From IMG/VR virus record IMGVR_UViG_3300020045_005677, positions 1-64,000 of that record: DNA of 64,000 nucleotides. One strand, 5' to 3'. Below, piece after piece: positions 47,724-57,911 of this stretch. This stretch comes from a virus. The notes beneath the pieces were generated by a model. It worked only from the letters and a program-made list of their open reading frames with translations, searched no databases and was not told the DNA's origin. The position numbers and the translations under genes are program-made. Numbering within the stretch: the stretch's first letter is position 1; every line of letters starts with the position of its first letter.

Positions 47724-48338
47724 ATGGATGCTGAAACAAGAAAAGCGATAACAGGTAAGAACATCTATGATTATAGATTAACTGATTTAGGGTTTGATAT
47801 CTATAAAAAGAATGGTAGTATATTACTATCACAAACTACAGAATTAGAATTATCTAAAGATGATTGGAAGATAGAAGCAAAAAGAAAAGAGATAGCTGAA
47901 AAATATACTTACGATGAAAATCTAAGACTATTAGGAGAAGCTAGAATTACTGCTTTAGATAGAGTAAGAAAACTTTATGAATTATCTGCATATATTCCAT
48001 TAAATATTGATGGTGTAGATTGGGATGCTAGAGAGACTTCTGCTATTGAATTAACAATTGCACAATTCATTTATCAAGATGAAGGATTACCAATAGTATT
48101 TAACGATGCTAATAATGAGCCTCATACTTTAACAGTTAAATCTGGTAAAAAATTAGTAGATGAAATTAGAAAAATAGGATTATCTATTTTACCTAAAATC
48201 CAAATGAAAAACAAACTATATAAAGACATTAAAACAATGACTGATATAGATGCTATTAACAGCTTTAATCCTGCTGCAGAGTTTGGATTAGAAGTAAATA
48301 CATTAGGTACTGTAACATTGCCAAAAAGATACTACTAG
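47724..48338 (+). CDS. DUF4376-like tail fibre assembly-type protein
   Basis: ID.V.WDA..., +.F.DANN....LT, K......I......AI pattern. Confidence 0.4.
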   Translation: MDAETRKAITGKNIYDYRLTDLGFDIYKKNGSILLSQTTELELSKDDWKIEAKRKEIAEKYTYDENLRLLGEARITALDRVRKLYELSAYIPLNIDGVDWDARETSAIELTIAQFIYQDEGLPIVFNDANNEPHTLTVKSGKKLVDEIRKIGLSILPKIQMKNKLYKDIKTMTDIDAINSFNPAAEFGLEVNTLGTVTLPKRYY

Positions 48339-48362
48339 TAGATAATTATCTACTAGTAGTAT
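48329..48362. terminator. perfect 34-nt palindrome containing both stop codons of the convergent genes
   Basis: ATACTACTAGTAGATAA|TTATCTACTAGTAGTAT. Confidence 0.75.
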
Positions 48363-49089
48363 TACTTCTTTTATCTTCAATTTTAATACTAAAGAATTTT
48401 ACATTTATAAATGTAACTTTAATAAATGTATGCAATATCTTTTCTAAGTCAGTAAATGATTTATCTACTGAATCATTTTTATATATCTTGTTGGCATATA
48501 ACTTAGGAGCTATCATCATTACATCAGGTAGTCTTAATGATACTAGGTTGCCACTAGATATCTGATATTCTGCCCAGTCTAATCCATTGTACATTATCAT
48601 TAATCCAACATTTTCATATATGAATTTAACAGATATTAACTTCTCAGGTACATCCATTATATCTACATCTAAGTATCCATTAAATATAGCTCTAATACCA
48701 TTTCTAATCTTTATCTTATCTTCATCTGTTAATACATATGGATATACATTAAGAAATAGCTTTACTCTCTTTTTAGGATGCTCTACTAATGACTCAGCAA
48801 TATAAGATTTAATTAGTTGTGGAATATGAGTAGGTATTGGTTCTTTAATAATACGACCATCTCTTTTTTTATATAACTCCCTAAATAAATCATTATCTAA
48901 GTAATCAAAACTATCAGTAATTCTATTAGTATAATTTTTAATATTTCCATCTTTTAATACATTGTTAAACATAGTCTTATCAAAATGAAATAATAATGAT
49001 AATCTAGTATCCAATAGACTATCCAGGTTCATATAGATATCATTCTTAGCTTCTTTACTTTCTATCTCTGGTTTGTAATTGTGTGTCAT
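48346..49089 (-). CDS. conserved phiKZ-like hypothetical protein
   Basis: IY.NLDSLLDTRL.LL...Y..R..D.F pattern. Confidence 0.6.
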   Translation of the reverse strand: MTHNYKPEIESKEAKNDIYMNLDSLLDTRLSLLFHFDKTMFNNVLKDGNIKNYTNRITDSFDYLDNDLFRELYKKRDGRIIKEPIPTHIPQLIKSYIAESLVEHPKKRVKLFLNVYPYVLTDEDKIKIRNGIRAIFNGYLDVDIMDVPEKLISVKFIYENVGLMIMYNGLDWAEYQISSGNLVSLRLPDVMMIAPKLYANKIYKNDSVDKSFTDLEKILHTFIKVTFINVKFFSIKIEDKRSNTTSR

Positions 49090-49556
49090 TATTTCTTACC
49101 TCCTACAAACTTTTTAGCTATTGCATTCTTTTTCATTTCTGCTTCTACTATTTTCTCTTTACTTTTAATTCTCTCTATTACTTTTTTAATAATAGATTGT
49201 TTTAAATTAATAGGTACAGCTGCCCATTCTGGATAGGACATACCTAAATGTTCTTTTATATCTAAAGACATATATTCATCTAGTAAGTTTTCCATTCCTA
49301 TTAAATATATATTTGTATCTATATCTTTATGTAATACAGACTCTATTATCTTGCTTTGGTTTTTACTTACTATTCCAAAGAATAAATTTCTAGCTTCAAT
49401 TAGGGCACCTTTTGCAAGGATAGGAGATATACTATTAGCTTTCTCTGCTAATAGTATATCTCTCATGTATTCTAAATATCTATTAAAGAAAGGCTTCTTA
49501 TCTTTGGCTAAGGATAGGTCAGCTGGATTATTATATAAATAATCTAAGAAGGTCAT
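49089..49556 (-). CDS. hypothetical protein, possible tail/baseplate assembly chaperone
   Basis: IKEHLGMSY.EW..+P pattern; coupled to the upstream gene. Confidence 0.45.
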   Translation of the reverse strand: MTFLDYLYNNPADLSLAKDKKPFFNRYLEYMRDILLAEKANSISPILAKGALIEARNLFFGIVSKNQSKIIESVLHKDIDTNIYLIGMENLLDEYMSLDIKEHLGMSYPEWAAVPINLKQSIIKKVIERIKSKEKIVEAEMKKNAIAKKFVGGKK

Positions 49557-49570
49557 ATCCTTAGGAAGAA

Positions 49571-51244
49571 CTATGCCCTTTCCTCTATCCTTTTGAATTT
49601 CAAGGTACCCAGTGTAAAAAGCACTTGCAATACATTAAAAGGTATTATCTTTTTATGTCTATGTCCAGCATCTACCTTATAATTATCATTTACTTCTTTA
49701 CACTTAGGACAAGTATATTCAGGAATACCGACAATGTTATTTGTAGAGCTATTAATAAACTCATGAATGTTATCTAGTATTCTATCGTACATAGCTAAAT
49801 GTTGACTAAAAATAGATAAAGCTTTATCTATATCATCTAGAGAAGTAATAGTACTATTGTCTCTAGTAATAGATTTAACATAATGTAAATAGTTACCTAA
49901 TAGATTAGACTTTTGTTGCATAGCATAAGCAGACTCTACAAAGCTATTTTTTCTTTTCTCATCAATACTACTAATTATATCTAAAGCAGTTTTTCTTAAT
50001 CTGCTAGTCCAATAAGTACCCTGAGTAATATATTCTTCAATTGTTGGTACTTTATATACTATTTCAATATCTACACCCTTATTGTCTTTATAAGTTTGTT
50101 TTTTAGTATTGTACATAGACCAAGAATCTTGATAAGCTTTTACTTCTTCTACAGTTACACTATCTTTACCTTTCTTAGCCATATGATAGTTTTGTGCATC
50201 GCTAAATAATGTAAAGTCTACATGTAGTGTTAAGTTTGGATTTAACTTAGATAATGTTTTAAAATTACAAGGATTTTCTACATTTAAGAAATTAGAACAT
50301 TGAATCATTCTTTTTAATCCATTTGGAAACATTACTTGTATTAATCCATTAATCATTGCATTAATATCTGAAGATAAAATTAATTCTCTTAAATCTGAAA
50401 ACTTATCTACTTTAACATTTGTATATTTAATTTTATTCATTACTAAGTCAATAGCATATTTATTATATAATACAGAATGGTTACCATATACAGTAGCAGC
50501 AGTAGATGCTCCTATTTCACTCTCATTAGCAGCAGCTAAATATTGTAGTACCATATATTCTGGCTCAGTAGGGGTCTCTATACCTAGCCAAATACCTGAG
50601 TTAAATAAAGGAATAGGAATTACTACTTCTCCTCCAAATGCATCTTGTAGACCCTTCATAAATGATGCACTAGCATCTTGATTAGTTATGTTTACTTTTA
50701 TAGGCTCTGAATACATTTTGATAGTTCTACCGTCTGGACCTTTAAACATTGTTTTATTAAACAATGGAGTATCTACCTTAAATAATAAATCTAATTGGTC
50801 AGCATTGTTTTGGTTTAGAGTATGTATTCCTAAGTCAGCATTAGATTTACTTTTCTTTAATCTAGTTTGTGCAGAATCTGTATAACTAGCTATAAAATCT
50901 CTATGTAGTTCATTGGGTAATGATACCATATCATCTTCATCATCTTTAAAGTCAGACATTTCTATTGCTTCGTCTGTATCTAGAGTTTCAGCTATTAATA
51001 AATCAGATACTTTCTTTTTTAGTTTAGGTTCTACAGATTTAATTTTAATATCAATACTTTTACTATTACCATTAATATTAATCTCATCTATTTCTTCTAA
51101 TCCATCTAGAATTACCTTTAGTTTACTATTGGTATCTAAGTCCTGTCTAGTATCGGTATTGTTTTCATCTTTAATTTCACTTGTTTCTGTAGTGCTATGA
51201 TTATTTTCTTTATCGTCAATGTTTTCCATATCATTCTCCTTCAA
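49571..51244 (-). CDS. conserved phiKZ-like protein, possible baseplate hub assembly factor
   Basis: IPLFNSGIWL, GIPEYTCPKC, IP..V...F motifs; acidic N-terminus. Confidence 0.5.
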   Translation of the reverse strand: MKENDMENIDDKENNHSTTETSEIKDENNTDTRQDLDTNSKLKVILDGLEEIDEININGNSKSIDIKIKSVEPKLKKKVSDLLIAETLDTDEAIEMSDFKDDEDDMVSLPNELHRDFIASYTDSAQTRLKKSKSNADLGIHTLNQNNADQLDLLFKVDTPLFNKTMFKGPDGRTIKMYSEPIKVNITNQDASASFMKGLQDAFGGEVVIPIPLFNSGIWLGIETPTEPEYMVLQYLAAANESEIGASTAATVYGNHSVLYNKYAIDLVMNKIKYTNVKVDKFSDLRELILSSDINAMINGLIQVMFPNGLKRMIQCSNFLNVENPCNFKTLSKLNPNLTLHVDFTLFSDAQNYHMAKKGKDSVTVEEVKAYQDSWSMYNTKKQTYKDNKGVDIEIVYKVPTIEEYITQGTYWTSRLRKTALDIISSIDEKRKNSFVESAYAMQQKSNLLGNYLHYVKSITRDNSTITSLDDIDKALSIFSQHLAMYDRILDNIHEFINSSTNNIVGIPEYTCPKCKEVNDNYKVDAGHRHKKIIPFNVLQVLFTLGTLKFKRIEERA

Positions 51245-51809
51245 ATTCAGATTCTAATTTCTCTTTGTTTTCTAATAATAGCTCTTTAGCTTTTACTGTA
51301 CTTCTTAACTCTAAATCTATTTCGTTTTGTACAAAGATAGTATATACTTCAGTTAGGTTTTCTAACTCATTATTTAATTCATACAGCTCTTTAGTTAATG
51401 AATTAAATTCATCTATAGACTTAGCCATAGCTAAATCTTTTTCTAATTCAGTTTTAGATTCGTCTGCTACAATTTCTACATATTTACTATACTCTTCTTC
51501 TAGGGCAGGTATTCTAATATCTAGTAAGTTTAATCTATCCATATTGCTAGTTATATTTATTATTAGCCCGTTTGCTTTTTTAGACATTTTAATAAATTTA
51601 GATGGTAGTATATATTCAGACATTTCACTCAGCATTACTACTCTAGCTGAAATTAATTCTGCCAATACATTATATCCCTCTTGCATTGTTTTAAATAGGT
51701 TTACTACATCTATAATATTTAATTCTACTACCTTATTAGAATCAAATTCTTCAGTAGGCTCTACAGCTTCTACAATATCATTTTCTTTAATATTTAAGTT
51801 ATTTTCCAT
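51231..51809 (-). CDS. hypothetical coiled-coil protein (192 aa)
   Basis: AAGGA RBS. Confidence 0.7.
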   Translation of the reverse strand: MENNLNIKENDIVEAVEPTEEFDSNKVVELNIIDVVNLFKTMQEGYNVLAELISARVVMLSEMSEYILPSKFIKMSKKANGLIINITSNMDRLNLLDIRIPALEEEYSKYVEIVADESKTELEKDLAMAKSIDEFNSLTKELYELNNELENLTEVYTIFVQNEIDLELRSTVKAKELLLENKEKLESEFEGE

Positions 51810-51854
51810 GGTTAATCCTTTTTTGATTTTAAAGTCAAATATAAGGAGTTGGAA

Positions 51855-52742
51855 ATGAATTCTATTTCCGAATTAGCGGGCGTTGAGGCCTTAATTAATA
51901 GATATGTAAATCCAGAAAATAAAGATAAATATTTGGACCTATTAGGTATATTTTTAGATAGAACAGAAATGCAAATATTTGATTCTATTAACAATATGAT
52001 AAATAATGAAGAAAACCTAAATGGTAGTGATATTACTGGTGTATTAAGAGAATTAACAATTAGACAAGCTCTATTAATGCTTGAACATAACTTTGGATTA
52101 GTATTTAATTCAGATGCTGATAACTATACTATACATCAGATACACAAGTTAGTATATCAATTAGACTTCTTTGTAGATGTAGATGAAGATAGAGCTAATG
52201 AGTTTATGGAAATGTTAAATTGTGAAGAGGATGAATTATTAGCTTTTACTTCTATACTAATAGATATAGGAGTAGATGAATTCTTTTTACTAGAACATCT
52301 AGAAGGAATTAAAACAGGATATAGAGATGAGTATATGAAAGCTCTATCTGTAATTAAAGATAAAACTAGTACAATAGATGATGTAGATGTATTAAAGAAT
52401 ATAGCTATTACTAAAGTATTAAATAATCTTAAAGCTATACATAATGATAATGAATTTAGTAAGTGTTTAAATATATCATTAAGAACTATGAATTATTTAG
52501 ATTTAGGTACTGTATTAAAAGAACTAAATACATTAAAGGTAAAAGAGTTAAATAATACTAGTTTAGCTTTAGAATTTATATCTGCTTATATATTACTAAA
52601 TGATGATACTGAAGAACTATTATCTCTATACAGAGAACAGTTTTTACCAGGATTAGAAATAGAAGACTATAGAGCTGAACAAATCTATAAAGAGATGGCT
52701 TTAAAGTATACTGAGTATGAAGACAAAAGGATAGGCAGATGA
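51855..52742 (+). CDS. probable virion head protein preceding vRNAP beta'-C
   Basis: AAGGAG RBS; AGVE|A protease-like site near the N-terminus; acidic. Confidence 0.55.
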   Translation: MNSISELAGVEALINRYVNPENKDKYLDLLGIFLDRTEMQIFDSINNMINNEENLNGSDITGVLRELTIRQALLMLEHNFGLVFNSDADNYTIHQIHKLVYQLDFFVDVDEDRANEFMEMLNCEEDELLAFTSILIDIGVDEFFLLEHLEGIKTGYRDEYMKALSVIKDKTSTIDDVDVLKNIAITKVLNNLKAIHNDNEFSKCLNISLRTMNYLDLGTVLKELNTLKVKELNNTSLALEFISAYILLNDDTEELLSLYREQFLPGLEIEDYRAEQIYKEMALKYTEYEDKRIGR

Positions 52743-54049
52743 ATGAAAGAGAATTATTCCAAACAGTACTAGAAGAAAAAGTATTAGGTAAACTAGATTA
52801 TATTAGAGCTCTGTTTACTATACCATATATGGCAGATAATGCTAACTATAAATCTGATATATTAAATATTAAAGATAATAAAATTATTATTACTTTTCCT
52901 ACTAGAAAAGTAGAATTAGATTATTATAAATTTCCTATATTAGATTATTTAGATAATGTAACTATCTCTCCAGATATATTTAAATCTTTAGATAAAGAGA
53001 TAGAAACATCTATTGGTATTGTAATATGTAATCTGTTAATTATAGAAGAACCATTTAATGGAAAGATTAAATTTGTAGATGGTGTAATTACTGATAGCAT
53101 AGAAGACTATATAGCTGCTAATCTAGTATCTAATAATTATACTTTTAAATCTAAAGAAGAAGAACAAACTAAGATTAAAGTATCTGAGTTAATTAAGTTT
53201 GTAGACCAAGCTCAATATCTTAAAACATTATCTAGATTCTTTGTTGTAGCTAGTAGTAAGAAAACATTACTTCCTCCTCCTGGAATACAAGAGAAGAAAA
53301 TACAATTAGTAAAAGATATGATTAAAGAGTTAGGACCTGATGCATTTAAGCAACAAGTAAATATTGTTAAGTTAGAAGATGAGTTGAAGAAAATAGATGC
53401 AGAGTGGCTAAAAGATGACCCTACATTTGGAATAGTAACTTCTGGTAAAGTATTGTCTAACTCTAGAAAAGAATTATTCTTAACAGTAGGTGGTATCGAG
53501 GCGTTTGATGAGAATGATGATTTATCATTTGTTTTAAATTCATTATTAGAAGGATGGCCATCTGACCCTGACTTAATGACAGCTATATTCAACTCTTTAA
53601 GAAATGGTTCGCTAGCTAGAGCATTAGATACTCAATATGGAGGACTATTTGCTAAAGTAATATTAAGAGCTATAGGAAGCTATATTATTAAGCCAGAGCT
53701 AGACTGTGGTACCAAATTAGGTAAATCTACTTTAGTAGATAATGACAATTATAAAAAATTAACAAATAGACATATTATTTTTAATGCTGAAACAATCTTA
53801 ATGGAAAATGATGATATGTCTAAACAGTATATAAATAAGAATGTTTTAATTAGGTCTCCTAAGTATTGTCAACTAGGAGGAGAGAAGCTATGTGGTAAAT
53901 GTGTAAACAAATTACTAAATGAAAATGTAGATGGAATTAAGAATGAAGTAACAGCTGTAACAAGTAATGTACTAAATGAAGCTATGAAAGCAATGCATAA
54001 TACTACTAAACAAATTGTAAGGCTAGTAAAGAGCGAAATATTCAGCTAG
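52739..54049 (+). CDS. virion RNA polymerase beta' C-terminal subunit (phiKZ gp80-like)
   Basis: Bridge-helix-like RNGSLARALDTQYGG, Zn site DCGT...RSPKYC......CGKC, trigger-loop-like MKAMH. Confidence 0.85.
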   Translation: MNERELFQTVLEEKVLGKLDYIRALFTIPYMADNANYKSDILNIKDNKIIITFPTRKVELDYYKFPILDYLDNVTISPDIFKSLDKEIETSIGIVICNLLIIEEPFNGKIKFVDGVITDSIEDYIAANLVSNNYTFKSKEEEQTKIKVSELIKFVDQAQYLKTLSRFFVVASSKKTLLPPPGIQEKKIQLVKDMIKELGPDAFKQQVNIVKLEDELKKIDAEWLKDDPTFGIVTSGKVLSNSRKELFLTVGGIEAFDENDDLSFVLNSLLEGWPSDPDLMTAIFNSLRNGSLARALDTQYGGLFAKVILRAIGSYIIKPELDCGTKLGKSTLVDNDNYKKLTNRHIIFNAETILMENDDMSKQYINKNVLIRSPKYCQLGGEKLCGKCVNKLLNENVDGIKNEVTAVTSNVLNEAMKAMHNTTKQIVRLVKSEIFS

Positions 54050-54120
54050 TATAAATATTTTATAATAGATACTACTCTGAAAACAAGAAAAAAGAATAAC
54101 AATAATATAAGGAAATAATT

Positions 54121-55113
54121 ATGGAAAACGGAATTAATATAGATGCAATCAACAGCATGTTAGAATCAGTAGCTACTGCACCAGTAGAACAAGCTCAACC
54201 TCAGCAACCTCAATATCAACAACAAGGGAATAAACCTCCATATCATGGAAATGGTGGCAATGGTGGAAATTATAAACCAGCTTTTAATAGTGGCAATAGA
54301 CCTCCAAGAGACCCAAACCAACCAAACATCTATACAGATGAAAATATTACTCCACTGCCTATAGATGCTAGCGCTCTTAAGAATAGTTTATCTTATGCTA
54401 TTGTAGCTATAGATGAAAATCCACCTGCTGAAATAGTAGAAGTAATTACTAAAATAGCTGATGCTCTTAAAGTTAAAAAATATGTATACAGATATGATGG
54501 TGAAATTAATCCTAGTTTGGCTAGAGATATATTCATGAAGCAAGATTTAAGTATCCCAAATACTTATCAACATTTTATTCCTTGGGCTAAAGGTTTTGAA
54601 ATTGAGGGTGTATATCCAGTTAGTAAGAGACCTAGTATTATGGCAGGACAAATTGCTAAGTTTGTTAGTCAGTATACAAAAAGAGACCCTAGTAATCCAA
54701 ACAATAAACAAACACTATTTGGTTTCAGTCAAGCATCTGGTGCAATAAGAAATATAATGGCTAATAGAATACATTTATATTTAGGTAAAGATTGTTTAAC
54801 TAGACTAAAATTTATCATTTTGTATTCTAGTTGTGGTACTGAAACAAAAGAAGAAATCAATTATGAGACAACAAAAAGAAGAGCTAGCGAAGTAATTAGA
54901 TTTGCAAATACAGCTGGTATTAAAGTGTTTAACTTAGCTAAACCAGATGGAGCTAAAAGATTATTCGAGTTTATTACAAATGGCGAAACTGTTACTTCCG
55001 TAGCTCCTATTAGTGCTCCTGTATCAAATCCTAATGCACCAGTAATTACTGAGTTTACTGGAACACCAGCTGAAACAGCTCCTACTGCACCAATTGATGA
55101 TATGCCATTTTAA
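54121..55113 (+). CDS. DprA/SMF-like Rossmann-fold protein with low-complexity N-terminus and SSB-like C-terminal tip
   Basis: IPW.KGF, NR.H..LG.D.....KF.I.YS..G.E, IR.A...GIKVFNL..PD...RL pattern of phage DprA-like proteins; ends IDDMPF. Confidence 0.6.
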   Translation: MENGINIDAINSMLESVATAPVEQAQPQQPQYQQQGNKPPYHGNGGNGGNYKPAFNSGNRPPRDPNQPNIYTDENITPLPIDASALKNSLSYAIVAIDENPPAEIVEVITKIADALKVKKYVYRYDGEINPSLARDIFMKQDLSIPNTYQHFIPWAKGFEIEGVYPVSKRPSIMAGQIAKFVSQYTKRDPSNPNNKQTLFGFSQASGAIRNIMANRIHLYLGKDCLTRLKFIILYSSCGTETKEEINYETTKRRASEVIRFANTAGIKVFNLAKPDGAKRLFEFITNGETVTSVAPISAPVSNPNAPVITEFTGTPAETAPTAPIDDMPF

Positions 55114-55135
55114 TAGATAGACCTAGGAGAAAACA

Positions 55136-56017
55136 ATGAAAATATTTAAAGATAGAAGATTGAACAAATGGTATCAATCTTTAAATGTAAAGAAAGTATC
55201 TGATTTAAAAGATGGTGATGAGATAATATTAACAACGGAAGGTAGAGAATACTTTAATGGAAATGGTATTTTTGCAATTAATCAGTTTGCAGATAAGCTA
55301 GTTAGTAATGTCTTAGAAAAACCTTTTATTGCAGTATTAAAAGAAAAGCCTAATTTTGATGGTTCAGATTGGAAAGAAGTTATTCATTCAACTGGTAATT
55401 ATTTATTCCAATCTTTAAATAGCATACATCTTATAGAAACAGCTGCTATTCTTGGTGCTAAAGATAGACTTAGATACGTATCAGTAAAACTTGATGAAAG
55501 AATTATTACTAATATTAAATCTAGGTATGCAGATGATGATGTTATAACTTTTGAAGTTGTAAGTTTAGGGAAAGAAGTTTATGATTCCAATTCCGATTAC
55601 TGCAAAGGAGTACCATCTTTTTTCCATATAGAAGAGGTAGTATCTTTTTATACAGAGAAAGTTGATATAGCTACAGAAGAAAAGATACTAGAGCTTTATA
55701 GGCTAGTAGCTAGTAAATTATTAGAAAGATATCATTTATTAAAATGTTTAAGACAAGGTTATAAAGTTATAGATAAAGATGATTTTCCTTTTGTTGTTAA
55801 AGAGGATGATTTTGAAACACTAGATGATTTAATTATGCTTGGAGATAAAATTATAAATGAGTATAATAGAGTTGAGGATTATGCAAATTCTTATAGAGTA
55901 ATTGAAGAGTATTTTAAAGGCAGAGATACTGTAGTTAAAAGTGTTTTCTTTGGAGCTTTAGATATCTATAATGACGATAACGAATTGGCATGCTTACTAC
56001 CTGCAATTTTTAGTTAA
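55136..56017 (+). CDS. hypothetical protein (293 aa)
   Basis: AGGAG RBS. Confidence 0.75.
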   Translation: MKIFKDRRLNKWYQSLNVKKVSDLKDGDEIILTTEGREYFNGNGIFAINQFADKLVSNVLEKPFIAVLKEKPNFDGSDWKEVIHSTGNYLFQSLNSIHLIETAAILGAKDRLRYVSVKLDERIITNIKSRYADDDVITFEVVSLGKEVYDSNSDYCKGVPSFFHIEEVVSFYTEKVDIATEEKILELYRLVASKLLERYHLLKCLRQGYKVIDKDDFPFVVKEDDFETLDDLIMLGDKIINEYNRVEDYANSYRVIEEYFKGRDTVVKSVFFGALDIYNDDNELACLLPAIFS

Positions 56018-56039
56018 ATTGATAAATTTGATTTAGAGG

Positions 56040-56996
56040 ATGGGGCCTATGGCTAGAAATAAAAATAAAAACAAACAAGGAAATAACGTGGGAAAAGAAA
56101 CTATTAGTCCAGAAGATATTGGTGAATTAACAGAAACATATGCAGTAGAGAACATAGGTACAAATGTAGAAGGAACTGAAGTAGATACTCCAATTTCTAC
56201 AGAAGGTGGTATTGAACAAATTGATACTCCAGCTGATGAAGCTAATGTTGTTGATGAAGAAAATACAAATCCAGAGATTGATGCTCCTGCAGATGTAGTG
56301 GAATCTGAAAACAATGTACAAGATTCAGATGTAATACCAACTGATGATACTAATGCTCCAGTTGAACCAACTATTGAACCTGCTTCTGATTTACCAGAAG
56401 AAAATATAGAAAAACAATTACCTACTGCTACAGTACTTACTGGTGAAGGAACACTAGAACCTGAAGCAGAACTTGCTTTTAATAGACAAGTTATTGTAGA
56501 TACAATTGTATATGGAGAAGATGAATTAACTATTGTTAGAACACTTTTAAAAGCTGCTAAAGCTAAATTTAAAGAATCTAATATTATTACTAGATTACTA
56601 GATACTGTTGAGATGTATTTAGTTACTCCTGCTTCTGCTTCTAAAGGTGGTGCATTAGTACAAACTTATGCTATTGAATTTAACAGAGCTGAAAAAGGTG
56701 ATTTAACTAACTTAGCTATCTTTATGCTATCTAAATTAACTGGTAAAGAAACTGAAAAAAGAGGTCTTAAATCTTTATCATTAGCTTCTATTGTAAATAC
56801 TACTAGACTAGTAGAAGATAGAGAAGTTAAACAAGAATCTTTAAAATTAGTAGATGCTTTAGCTGAACTACATAGTGCAGAAGAAAGAAAGAAAAAAGTA
56901 AATGTTTTAATTTCTTTAAATAAAGCATTTAATGTAAATCCAAGATATCTAAATGCAAATGCGGTAGAGATTTTTAGAGAATACTTTTCTAAATAA
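56040..56996 (+). CDS. hypothetical protein with long acidic Pro/Glu/Thr-rich disordered N-terminus
   Basis: GAGG RBS (start may be 56049); strongly biased codons; followed by a hairpin at 57008-57040. Confidence 0.75.
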   Translation: MGPMARNKNKNKQGNNVGKETISPEDIGELTETYAVENIGTNVEGTEVDTPISTEGGIEQIDTPADEANVVDEENTNPEIDAPADVVESENNVQDSDVIPTDDTNAPVEPTIEPASDLPEENIEKQLPTATVLTGEGTLEPEAELAFNRQVIVDTIVYGEDELTIVRTLLKAAKAKFKESNIITRLLDTVEMYLVTPASASKGGALVQTYAIEFNRAEKGDLTNLAIFMLSKLTGKETEKRGLKSLSLASIVNTTRLVEDREVKQESLKLVDALAELHSAEERKKKVNVLISLNKAFNVNPRYLNANAVEIFREYFSK

Positions 56997-57007
56997 TAAA
57001 ATAAATA

Positions 57008-57040
57008 TATTACACATAGATTATGTATCTATGTGTAATA
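57008..57040 (+). terminator. terminator-like palindrome
   Basis: TATTACACATAGAT-TATGT-ATCTATGTGTAATA followed by GTTCTTTT. Confidence 0.65.
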
Positions 57041-57075
57041 GTTCTTTTGTCGTCTTTTAATTAAATGTTAAAATG

Positions 57076-57106
57076 TTTGTTTCGAAATAAAAATAGACAC
57101 ATATTA
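57076..57106 (+). promoter_or_regulatory. putative early promoter, copy 7
   Basis: TTTGTTTC-N14-CACATATTA; flanks nearly identical to copy 2. Confidence 0.75.
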
Positions 57107-57179
57107 TAAAGTTGGTAATAATATAGATAAAAAGCTAATATTATTAATAGTACTATATAATAAATAAAGGAGCAATCTT

Positions 57180-57812
57180 ATGGAATTATTAAGATTTGGA
57201 ACATTAGAAGCTGCAGAGAACATGGAGAACTGGTTATTAGACTTTAGAGATAATACTGATATTCCAGAAGATGTATATTCTAAGCACCTAAGTATGTGCA
57301 AAGAATTTCTAAATACATTAACTCCAATGGTAGATAAAGGTTCTACTACTGGTTTTACAATGGATAATGCATCAGATACCGAAGAGCTATTTGACAATAT
57401 AAAAAGTATTCTAAGTTCGTACGTAAATAGACAAAATGTAGAAATACTATTGTTAAAAATACATACATACTTAGAAGGTGTACTTACAAAGGTGTTTAGT
57501 ATTAATACTAAAGAACAATTAGAAAAAACAAAATCAATATCTAATGCTGAGGAGCAAAAAATGAATACAAGTAACGTAAATACAGAAGCAAGAATTAAAG
57601 AATTAGAAGAAGCATTAACACTATCTGAATCAGCTGCAACAACAATTATAAAAGAAGTAAGTATCTTCGATAAGATTCCTGGTGGAATTTATACTGCTGC
57701 AGGTTTAGGAATTGTTGCTGCTTATGGAATCTATAGAGTAGGATACTTAAAAGGATATGCCACTGGTAAAGATGAATCTGCTACAATTATCATTATGGAT
57801 GAGAGAGAGTAA
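57180..57812 (+). CDS. early coiled-coil protein with C-terminal membrane anchor
   Basis: AAGGAG RBS; TM GGIYTAAGLGIVAAYGIY. Confidence 0.7.
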   Translation: MELLRFGTLEAAENMENWLLDFRDNTDIPEDVYSKHLSMCKEFLNTLTPMVDKGSTTGFTMDNASDTEELFDNIKSILSSYVNRQNVEILLLKIHTYLEGVLTKVFSINTKEQLEKTKSISNAEEQKMNTSNVNTEARIKELEEALTLSESAATTIIKEVSIFDKIPGGIYTAAGLGIVAAYGIYRVGYLKGYATGKDESATIIIMDERE

Positions 57813-57911
57813 TCTCTCTCCATTCTATATTATTTTTTTTCTTTTTTTATTTAGATTACGGCAGTGTCGTTATTTGAGTTATTTTGAAATTTAAGATTAA
57901 AGGAAGTCAAC

